A stretch of 64,000 nt of DNA from Sphaerodactylus townsendi (Eukaryota): NCBI RefSeq assembly GCF_021028975.2, contig NC_059433.1:88722001-88786000 (forward strand). The letters are read 5' to 3'. Positions 21,935-33,800 of the stretch are shown here, piece after piece. The stretch's first letter is position 1, and every line of letters starts with the position of its first letter. The position numbers were made by a program, and so were the translations under genes. The notes below the pieces were generated by a model that did no database searches, was not told the origin of the DNA, and saw only the letters and a list, made by a program, of their open reading frames with translations.

Positions 21935-21940
21935 TTTAAT
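21935..21940 (-). terminator. Candidate DPY19L4 poly(A) signal (ATTAAA), implying a ~2.8 kb 3' UTR
   Basis: ATTAAA on the minus strand is followed by CA sites and a T-run (A-run at ~21893-21900 on plus). The segment 21.9-24.7 kb is AT-rich and lacks recognisable TEs. An AATAAA at ~23842 is an alternative. Confidence 0.45.
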
Positions 21941-24695
21941 TAAAAATTCCCCAAGGCACATTTTCCAAATGGATTACAACATCAACAGCAGGGGGTGTGA
22001 ATGTGTCAATCTTTTGCTTAGTATTACACTCATTTCTCTTTTATCAGAAACATAAAATGTATGATAAATTTCTAACTTAGGGTGCTGCTTACAAAATTTC
22101 TACATTACAATACCTCTAAAGTCTTCAGGGAACATCAGGAAAACTGTGGTATTTGACAGAAGTGATCAAATCCCAAACACACCCTTCTCCCCCATTTCTG
22201 GCTACTCAACAGCCAGCAAAAGAGATCTGCCATGTTATATTCTGCTTCAGTTGCTCTTAAGAGACATAAATAGTAGCATTATTTCAAAAATCCTTACTCT
22301 GTAGCTAGCAACCCTGATAGGCCCATCTTTTCTCCCTCACATGAATATGTTTTCTGGAAAGTCAAACAACTCCATAATAACTCTCCAAAGCTGAACACAA
22401 CCTTGAAATCCTCCAGATTTCAGTTCTACAGCAAAAAATTAAAAAAAAATACATGAGATGCAGTCTGTAAAGATCACTACAGACATGAAGATTAAGCTCA
22501 AGCATTACACTACAGCTCAAATGAGATAAAATGGAACAACCAAACCAGGAAAAAATATTTATCTTCTGTGTGTAAAATGGTTCTCTGTGGTTCCCACATA
22601 ACTGTTATGTAAAATCTGCAAAAGACCCATATTCATCACTGAAGTAATACTAAAAAAATGAAGTCCTTTTTAGGAGCTGAAATAAATACTGGATTCTGAA
22701 AGAAGGTATAGCAAAGTCAATGACTGCTAACCCGTAAATGCAGCAGTTATGAATGAGGGACTAGAAACTGATGCACAGGGTACCAACGTATAGTTGCTAA
22801 TCACAGCAGCATGCCGCTGGGGACTCATGGAAATAAAAGGGGGGTTGCCCAGCAGAAGTTCCTGATTGATGGGGATTTTGGAGGACTAATCATAAACTGT
22901 CAAAAAGCAACCATTTACATCAGTATGCCTTACTATTATAGGTAAAAGGTTAAAATTTCCCTTACAGCACCAAAATAAACCATATCTGCTATACTTTACC
23001 ACAGCAACAAAAGCCATTCAGTGCAGAGGCAGAAACGCACTGGAATAGTCCGAAAGGTTTAGCACATAACACACACACACAGACCTTACTGAAACAAATG
23101 CATCTCAAAAGCTACTTCGGTTCTTAGGCTAATCACAACCCCACTATGATTAAAACTCTATGGAGTGTTTTGGGCTAGTCCCCATCCGACCAAAGTGGAG
23201 AGTTCTTCAAGCTCAATTTAACAACAATTAAAACAAACGATCAGACACACAACCGTGACATATTTTTTAAAATCTTGCATCCAAGTTGTTTGACCGGCAT
23301 ATACAACCACCACTGATCAGCCAACGAACACTACGTAAAAATGCATGTGATAGAAGTACACAAACTCAATTGTGTGTGTTTATGTATTTGCTATCCCTGG
23401 CTCATCTCTCCTTTATGCATGGCAGATGTGTAAAGTGAGAACAGTTGTAGTCTTTGGATAAAATGCCTTCCGCAGGTAGCCAGGGAATGTTTTCAAAGCC
23501 TCCTCTTAAAGTAAAAACCCTTCAGTTTGTTTAAGGACTACTGTAACAAGCTCAGAAGGAAAAATAAAGGTCGCACAATCAGGATAAAGGGAATAAGAAA
23601 CAGATGAAGATTCCAAATCAATATATATATATATTAAAAAAACCAAGAATGCAGTTATTAGCTTGATTTGCAGTGTGTGGATTTTAAAACCCCAATTTGC
23701 CAAAAAATATTTTAGCAAGGCTAACTGGGCAAAATAGTAAATGCCAGTAGATCTGGCTAAGCAGGCCATGAAGTTTTCCATGAAGTGGCTAAAATCAACA
23801 AAAATCTAAGCCCTCCGTTTGCTTGGAGAATGAGTTATCTATTTATTAGAACTTGCTGGTCTCCAAAAACAGACATCCAACAGAACTATTCATATAAAAA
23901 GACATTTGCCAGATGTTTCTGAGGATATTTTTATATTAAAAAGATGCATAATCTGTTTCTTTCATAGGATACAATCACACTCCATTAAAAACCCATGAGA
24001 GCTGGCAGCATCTTGAACAGCAAGTAGACCACAGCCACCAGTCATAACTATGAAAAGCTAGTATAAGAGAAGGTGTGGGCCCATCTGCTTCTACCATGAC
24101 CTCAGTTAGCATCATCCACCACCCCTATCAAAGCCAAGGAGCTTTTATATACTTCCCTAATTTTAAAAAGCAGTTTAGTGGAAGCTTGAGAGTAGTTGCA
24201 AAAAGAGACACTCCCCCCCAACACACACACAACAAAGGCCTCCAGATATATGTGCATAGTGTCAGGATCATGCCCAGTGTGTTTACATGTCACTTGTTTT
24301 GCATTGTCCAGATTAAACAAGTCTAGATAATTTGCTGTCAGTTAATTGCTGTAATATTGAAAACAGAGCAACAACTCACACAAAAATAAGATTATTACAA
24401 CAAAGGAAGTGGTAAGAGGTATTTAAAAATGTGGAAGACTGTTGTCTCTTGCAAGATTGATCAGTATTTTCCAAGGCCCTGGAGCACATTTCTCCATCTT
24501 GCTGTACTACACTCAGTCTACAGCATTCCAGTTGGGTCAACTTGTAGGCATTTGCATGTTCTCACTTGATGTGAGTGTGTCTCTATTTGCTGTACACACA
24601 ATGTAGATAAAAGAACACTTTGTAAAATGACCTCATCCTGTTTAAGAATTTTGTCCCCTAAAGTCAGTCTTCAAACAGAAGGTCTCCACGACTTC

Positions 24696-24860
24696 TCAGG
24701 ACTGGAAGGATATCACAGTGTTGATTTTATATACAAAGTAGGACCGGTTCCAGTATACTCGAGTGAAGTAATTCACGTATGGAGAATAGTTCATTTTAAT
24801 CTCCTGACAAAAACGGCCATATTTTGAATAGCCATAGCTGTCACTTTCTTCACAATACAC
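24696..24860 (-). CDS. DPY19L4: DPY19L4 exon 19 coding part to TGA
   Basis: VYCEESD...[19 protein letters not shown]; 165 nt. Confidence 0.95.
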   Translation of the reverse strand: MYCEESDSYGYSKYGRFCQEIKMNYSPYVNYFTRVYWNRSYFVYKINTVISFQS

Positions 24861-27800
24861 CTGGCACAAAACAGAAAGAATTTGCTTGTTTGTGTGTATA
24901 TTTCACTTTGCGATTTACCTGACTTGCTCAGACTCAGAGAGGACTATAACATTTTTGAAAATGTAATAACAAATGTGTAATATATACAAACAATGCAGTA
25001 AAATTGTACTATAAAATTTCAAAAAGTTATGCAATAGTAGCAATATAATACAATGAAAATGCACTAAAATTACCTCAAATTTTACAGACAAAATTTTACA
25101 TTACAACTATATTCTACCTACCCCCTTTATGAAAATTCCCTTGTAAATTATTCTGTTTTACATGTTCTGCAGAATGACAGAATAGAGGAGCATTCTGGAG
25201 CCACAGCAGTGAATGTTCAGATTTGGTACAAAACAACTGACTGATTCTATCAGACTAAATCATGCTCCTTTCAAGAGTCAACCAAGTTATTCTGCTGATA
25301 GCCAGATTTTGCTACTCACATGCCCATTAGCAATATCCACTAGGTCTTTGATCCTGCATCCTCTCACTGGCCCAACTTCATTGCAAATTGAATCCTCTAT
25401 AACCAGGTAGGTTGCTTTGTATGATGTCAGTATCTTATAAATATCTTCAGCTGATCTTTTGGAATAGATCTGGAAAATCTGCAGATATAAATATAATAAA
25501 CATGAAAACAATGAACAATGTGGATTATTAAGCAGGTTTTTGGGGGGATGTAACATTTGATATAATTTACAGACACACACCAAGGAAACAAGAGCAGTTA
25601 GGATCACACACTTATGAAGCCTCAGACTGAAATAGACTATTGGCCTAATAAGGTCAGTATTGTCTACTACTCAAACTAGTAGCAACTCTCCAAGGCCTCC
25701 AGATCTTTCATATCACGTACTACATGATCTTTGTAACTGGAGATGCTAGGGCATGGGCGCTCAACTCTGGCGCCCCAGATGTTCATAGACTACGATTCCC
25801 ATCAGTCCCTGCCAACATGGCCAATTGAGTCTCTGCCACCAATTGGCCATGCTGGCAGAGGCTGATGGGAATTGTAGTCCATGAACATCTGGGGCACCAG
25901 AGTTGGGCCCCCCTGTGCTAAGGATTAGACCTGGGACCTTCTGTGTGCCAAGCAGATGCTACGCCACAGAGCCACAGTCCCTCCCCTTCAAAAACACAAT
26001 TATTTTATCAATTACAAAGAGCTACTTTTCATTGATGACAAACACAGGCTGAATTATGCATGCAAATACATAGTGACTGGAGCCCAGTGGCTCAGATCCA
26101 TGCAGTGAGTTACAGTTAAGCCCCACTTTAAATCAATTGAATCAAACACTTGAATGCTAAGCAACCTGTATATGGGTTCCTTTTTATTTCAATGGCACTT
26201 GCTTCCAAAACGAACATACTTGGAATCTTTCATTTTAAGATTTTTGCTATGGCCCTCCCAAGCAGCTACACTGTAGAAGGCGTCAAAAGTCCGGAAGATT
26301 TTGCCTCCCAGTGAGTCTATTACAGCATCTCTTGTGACATCTTAAAGACTAATAAAAGTATTGCCACTCAGGCTTTCATAACCAAAAGCCTATCTCATTC
26401 AAGCATTAATTGATGGATTATATATGTGGTGGGATACAAAGAGGAAAAAGAGAGAATAGGTATTGTAGAATGTGACTAAAAAGCCAAGCATTCCAATACA
26501 CTCACAGGAACCTGCCAAATTGGAATTTACTAACTTAGTATGTGCTGATTAGCTCATATAGAAAGTGAACAACCTCTTTTCAAGGAGTATATGCACTACT
26601 GAACCTGAATTAATCACCAATTTCACACTAACTCTAATTGTACTGCGGATTCTTTTGATTGAAACTTGTTTTCAACACCTTTATTTAAAGTATTCTATCC
26701 CACCTGTGTTTGGTGACTTCCAGAAATAATTAAAACACAATAAAACAGAAAACTCTATACAAGATCTGAGTTGTGCCATGTAATATACCATATCTGTATT
26801 GAGGAGTGATGGATTCTTCAGCCTCCTTGTTAGAAACAACAAACAGAAGTGTTCTCATATCTGAATGCGTGTATAGTAACTCTCTCCATTTGACAGCTAA
26901 ATGCAACACCTCATGTATCTGATGAGGATGGCTCTAGTTCATCAGGGACTGTGTGGCAATAAATTTGTTAGTCTCTAAGTTGCTTCACACTATCCTCTGA
27001 TAAATACTGCAGAATGCTCCAAAACATCAGAAATGTTTTCAAGCGGACAAGAAGACACACTCACATTCTCATTTCTTTTGTGTAGGTCTTCGTCACTGTA
27101 CACAGGCAGATTGGTCACCATCCATCCAGTGCACAGCTTGATGGCACCCATGAGCTGTGGGCTGCCAGCAAACACAGCGGCAATAGGCGCCTGCCTCCTG
27201 CAAAGAAAAACACACCCACTCACTCATGTTTTCCATACAGCTGAATTGTCTAAAACTGTGGTAAGTTCCGGTCTTCACAGCCCACATCAATCCCAGTATG
27301 AAAACTATGATCTCAGCATGGGAAATACTAGCACATTTTTGTGGTGTATTCAATTAAAACCACCCCTCAGACAACAGTATGGTTCAGATGTAACAGCAAA
27401 CCATGTATGAGCCTTGTGTTCATTCACATGGTTCTCCTTTCCCTCACGCATCATTTGGAAATGAGCTGTTTCTGGTTTTGAAGCCATGGTGTAGTGGTTA
27501 GTGTCAGACTATTTTATTTATTTTTTAAATTATTTTGGATTTATATCCCGCCCTATCCCTGAAGGGCTCTGAAATCTGGGAGGGCCTATATTTGAACTCC
27601 CATGCTGAAAGTGAAATTAATCAGGTGACTTTGGGATAGTCACCCTCTCTTCATCTTCACCTACCTCACAGGGCTGCTGTGGTGAGTATAAAATGAAGAA
27701 GGGGGAGAATGAGTTGAGTTGCTTTGGGTCCCAATTGGCGAGAAAGACAAGGCATAAATATCTAAACAAACAACCGTTTTGGGTTTTGTGGGAAGCCACT

Positions 27801-30800
27801 GTTTTGCAGTTACAACAGACATGGAATCTATCGCGTATCCCAAATCTGGGAACAAACCACAACAAGAAAAAAAAATCAGTTTGGAAGTTCAGCAAACTAT
27901 GGCTTCCCACCAAACCAGGAACAACTCTTCACCCTGTGATCTGTGAACAGAGGAGGTATTGTGGAGGCTTTACAAAACATTGGTACTAACTCCCAGAGGG
28001 CAAGATACCCAACCCAGACATCCCCCAAGGAGTTTGAACAAGCAACATACCCTACTGGCTATGTGATAAACAACTATTTAAAATCTTCAGTAAGAAGAAA
28101 TGAAGAAACAAATATTGAATGGGATACTTACTTTATCCAGGTCATGAGTCCTACTGTATCGGGGTCATAAAATTCTTGCAGTTCTGAAAGTTCAGCCATT
28201 ATCCTAGGAAAAAACTAAAAGGAAGCACCAAGGCTATGAACTGTGGGAAGACAAATCACAGAACTTTAAATCACGCAGGAAAGAGGACTAAAAAGAAAAA
28301 CCTTTCTACCTTTACCATTAGATCAAGATTTCAATGCTCAGGATCATTTCCCTGTAGTGGCCTTTATGGCTGAATACATTTTACTCTTCGTAATATATTT
28401 TAAGAGAAATGTACCCTCTGACTTAAAGCCACTCCAGTAAAAATGCTTATCAGTTTATTAAGCAAAACCTTCTGTACATATAATTGTGTTAAAGCTTAAC
28501 ATTGAGCTGAATTCAGCTTTTTGTCACAAACCAATCACAGTGTATGTCACACTCATCCACCCATGTAATACATGTAATCATGTGTCAACAGTGACCTACT
28601 CTACACTGGATAAAGGGGCCAGTCCCAATGCAGAAAAACAATCATAATAATCAGTAATCAGTGCATGATTAGAAGGCACTGTGTTGATGATGTAAAAATC
28701 ATTGTTCTCCTAAAAAAGAATTTCAAAGGGAGAATCCAATGGGAAATTGCTGCACTAAAACTCTTCATTTAATTCAACACTATCCCACCCTGGTCTTAAC
28801 AAGGACTTCACATTTCTCACTCACTGTAGACACAAATATCTTGCATCTCTCATCTCTTACAGATGTTAATTAGTTGAGCTGTAACTCTGAAACTTTCTAA
28901 TTGGATCTGCATACTACATTTTATTCTGCATTTTCCTAGATTGTTAGAGGTAGGCAATGTACATATTAACAATCTAGGAAAATGCAGAATAAAATGTAGT
29001 ATGCAGATCCAATTAGAAAGTTTCAGAGTTACAGCTCAACCTCTTCTGCTACTATAAATGCACCAGCCTAATGAATGGACACTTCATACATCTGATGAAA
29101 TTAGTTACGGCTCACAAAACCATAGGCTGACATAACTTTTTTTAATCCGTAAAGGGACAAGAGTCTCCTGTTTTGCAGTGCCATCTAGTGGCCACAATAG
29201 TTTTCTGTCATGTTTTGAGAAAATATTTTTAAGCTGGGGTACTTTGTTTTGAAATCCTACCACAAAAGGTAGCAGTACATACAATCACTTGAAAATCAAT
29301 TCTCATATTAAGACCTCTATATCCATTACTCTGAATAATACTAAATACTATTGTTTTAGAACACTACAATAATATTTAGCATTTACATAGCTCTTTTATA
29401 GTCAAGTCCCAAATACTGGGATAGGCAGAGGCGTAGCTCCAAGGGGATGGGGGTGCGCGAGGCACCAGGCAAGCGCCCCTATGGGGGCATGGTGGCAACG
29501 TTCTGGGGGGGGGCAGTGGTATTCCAGGGCGGGGGTGGAGGACGCACCAGTGCACCGGGCACTTTTCCCCCTTGCTATGCCTCTGGGTATAGGGGGTGAA
29601 AAAAGTAATACTTTATTGGGGTCTGTGGGTCAAGACACTACCAGGACATGGTCTATTTACATTATTTCAGAAAAGGTTAGGCACTTGTACCAGGCTCCAA
29701 GACAAGATCCTTGGGCTCGGTTATCAGTGTTCACAGTGACAATAATCCTCACACCAGCCCTCCAAACAGAAGCCATAACCCTCCTCATCTTGCAAACAGG
29801 GAGAGGGGCTGGGACTGAGAAGGAATGAAAGTGACTTCTCCAAGGGCCCCCTGCAGGTTTGTGGCAGAGAATCTTCCAGAGTACAATTTATTCTCTTTGC
29901 CACCATACCAGTGTGGTGGGCTGGTCAGAGCACTGGAATAAGATTGGACAGACTCACATTCAGCCTCCCCTCCACCTTGCAAGCTTTCTGGGTGACCCTG
30001 GCCCTTTTTCACACCCTCAGCCTAACCAACCTCATATGGTTGTTGTGAGAATAAGAGAGATGCAGAGGAGAACAATGTAAACCACTTTGGATCCCCATGG
30101 GGAAGAAAGGTGGTGTACAAATGAAGTACACGAATTACCAAAACTACATTAACACTTGAGGAATGTGTGTCTATGATTCCTTACCTCTTTCCACAGGCTG
30201 AAGCCTATGATAGTAGGAACAGCCATACTCAGGATTAGAGCCTAAAATATCAAACACACATAAAATCAGAAAATGTATTTGGCCTTCTGTATCTCAAATG
30301 CCTGCACTATTCTACAGTGCATCCTTTAAAACTTCACTTCAGGTTTTAATCAAAGGTATGATGCTAAGCCCATATATATGCCAGGATTTGGAACTAGAAA
30401 TTTCCTTTCCTTCCTCACACATGCACATTCACACACACACACACACAGAGTTCACTCGCTCTTCCTTCAGTCTGTGGAGGGGAGGAACCTTAGTGAGGTA
30501 CAATGCCACAGAATCCACCCTCCAAAGCACCCGTTTTCTCCAGGGAAGCTGATCTCTGTGTCGTCTGGGGATCAGATGTAATTCCAGGGGATTTCCAGCT
30601 CCACCTGATGGTCAGCAAACCTCACTGGACACCTTACTGCTTTGAGTGACTTTACTTTTTTCCTTCCCTGTTTTGACATGATATTGACATCTGGTGAGAC
30701 TTCCATTTGTCAGGTCCTGGAAAAGCCCTAGATGTTTATACTTTTGGGATGACTCCTTTTCCCAAACCTTCAATATCTCTTTTTTTTTAAAAAAATGCTT

Positions 30801-33800
30801 TTATGTAGCTTTGCATCAACATTTGACTAAAGAAAAGCCAGGAACTCACCAGCAGGATGGGGTGCACAGCTTTCAGTCGCATCCATTTGAAAAGGGTCAT
30901 CCAGAGCTCAGGAGAGCACACTCCAAATGCCGCAAGCATGCAAACGTAAGGTGTCCACAGATACTTCATTCTAGAAAATCACCACACAGATTCAACCAAG
31001 ACTATCATTATTGACAAATGATAAAATGCAACCAAGTTCACAGTTCTTTTTCTCTGAATATCCTTTCCTAGAGTTGGATAATGCCCCGCATCTGCTGTAA
31101 GGAAACCTACTGCTACTTTCCTGCATTCATCTGTGACATAGTTCTGCTAGAAGTACAATTAGCTTTCGGAGGCATTTGTCAGCAGCCTGAAGTGTTAGCA
31201 AAAGAAAACTGATAATGGCAAGAACAGAGGTCTGTAGTGCAAGACAACCCCCTACCTCTTGAAGAAAGCTTTTTGTACTAAATTAATTGTAACATAATTA
31301 AAGCTAAATTATGAGCCAACCTCTAGGAATTAGTTCTGAAGGTCTTTCCTGCTTGCAACTGTACATATGTGTATGTATATTATATGTACACACACAAAGG
31401 CAGAAACAAAGCATCTAAATACATACAGCAAGTTCCCAGCAATCCTCTGCCATTTCCAACAGACATAAATCTATCTTGAAAATCCTTACCCTTCCATCAT
31501 CATTGTTAGTGACCCCAGTGAAATTGTGTGCAGTACATGATAGACAACTTCCGGCCTTTCTCCAATCCTTCCATTCTCAAGGGTAGATGACTCACTGATC
31601 AGTTCGCTACTGCAGCAGTTGGAAGAGAAAGAGACAAACACTTGATGAACAGGAGGAATACAGTCTGTCTGACAACTAGTTATAGCGCCACAGTAGGATC
31701 TGGAAGACGGGTTCGAATCTCAATTCTGCCCTAGATGCTTGATGGGTGATTTTGGCCCAGTCATTTTTGGCCTACCCTACATCACAGGGACAAAACTGCG
31801 GTAGTGAGATGTAAGCTGCTTTAGGTCCTCATTGAGGAAGAAATCAGGATATGAAAACAAATATAAAATAAATACAAAAGCAAACTGAACGGCTTATTAG
31901 TTTTTATGTTATTCATTATGCATTATCGAGAGATACACTTTTCTTCATAAGTGACGTTGTACTTTTTGGTTTAACAACCTGCTTTAGAAATAGCTTCAAA
32001 CATGAATGCACAGTGGACTGGTGGACCAAAGCTGCAATATTGCCACAGTAACAAATACCACCATTATGTTCTTTGAGTGGAATGCTCCTAACTTATATGT
32101 ATCTTTCAATGCCATTTTTTAAGATGGAAGGACAGAAGCTACAGGGCATTCACACAAGCAAATGCGTATGTATGTACCTAAATCTCACACATTATCCCTT
32201 CTCATGCTCACCAACCCACATACAGTTTTTCCAGATTGCAAACCCCTTTCACTGCAATGGGCCAAAGAGAAATTCAGCACCGGGTCAGTAAGACAGCATT
32301 GAAACAAGTAGCCTGAGAACGTTCGGACATCAGCTTACCTACTTCTGCTAAAAATGACCTGACCTACAGAGAAAAGGCAAATGGCGAGCACTAAAACATA
32401 GAAAGGCAACAGTGAAGACTGAGTGAGCCGCAGAAAGAAGTCTTGGGACGGGGTCTGAAGCGACTCTTGACAAAGCAGCCAGTTCATTGTGAAGTTCCTA
32501 AAAAGAAGGAGGTGGGGAAAAAGAGGTCATAAACTTGCAGAGTTCAGGGTAATCACCATCCACAGCATTTTCTTCAAAGAATCAAATGGCTCTCTAAAAA
32601 TATGGGGAGATACGTTTGCTATAAAAGTGAGAAAAGATTGTCTCAGGGTGTTTCTGCACGCTTGAGGCTTCCACGCCGACAGAATTCTGCGGCGGAGGCG
32701 ATGCGTCGCCGCGATGATCGCGGACGCTCCTGAGAGTGGCAGATGGCAGGCAGCTCGCATGGAGCACTCGTTCGTTGGTTTCCGCCACGCTGCCCTCCGA
32801 CCTCCAGGGCTCTGAGGACATATGGGCTTCACCGCCAGCAGGCCACCAGACGGGACAGTGTGAGTTGACGGGTAGAAACATGAGTTCCCCGGGCGCTATT
32901 CGACCCCGCCAACGACGCTTGCTGAGGGAAAACAACTCCCTTTAAAGAAGAAGCTATGCTTCAGACGCCCTGGGGAGGGAGCGGAAGTTGGTCGGCGCTG
33001 CTGCTGCAGCAGCGCCGCCAGGCATGGCTCCCTGGGCGCGTGATTCCCGTCCCCAGGGCGCCATTAAAGGGCCGTGCGGAAACGGCCTCAGTATATTTTA
33101 TAACTAATTGGTGCTTTTGCAAAACAAAACCCCAAAAACACTGTGCATCAAGAAATGTTATATTTTGTAATCAGTATAAATTATGCAAGTCCCATGATTT
33201 TACAGTTTATTCCGTGAGTCATTAAAATGGTTGCAAAGACATGCAGGTCTCTGAAACAGGGCTTTTAGGCAACAGCTCTGTCCTGAGACTTCTTCAGGGG
33301 TATGCTTAACAGTGCTATGGATAGAGTGTCAGACTGGGTTCCTGAGAGAGCTGGTTTTGAACCTGCACTCTGCCACGGAAGCCTGCTTGGAGACTGAGGG
33401 CCAGTCATACTCTCTCAGCCCAGCCTACCTTCACAGGGCAATCATGAGAAAAGGCAGGAGAGGAAAATTAGGTTTTAGGCCACTTTGGGTCCTTAATAGG
33501 AGGAAATATGAGGTGTAAATAAATACCTAAAATACATCCTAAGTACACTTTCACCCTTTTAAAGCCACTGAAGTCAAGGACTTAGAATGGTGCAACGCTG
33601 CACAGGATACCACTGTAAAGCAGTCAAGCAACCCTTACAATCATAGGGGCTACCAACTTGAAAAAGCTGATAGGAAACTCAGTTTTCTGGCTAATACCAC
33701 ATTCTATGATTTGTCCAACTGCAGTTCACAGAGATCTGTTTCCAGGAAGCTGTACAGCAATGAATACAGAGAGGTAATATAATAGCCTTAGTGAATCAAG

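Noticed and set aside
26915-29130. CTGATGA words at ~26920 and ~29092 as further hammerhead cores
   Set aside because: They sit in old Penelope-like remnants, but stem II and GAAA are too degraded to call.
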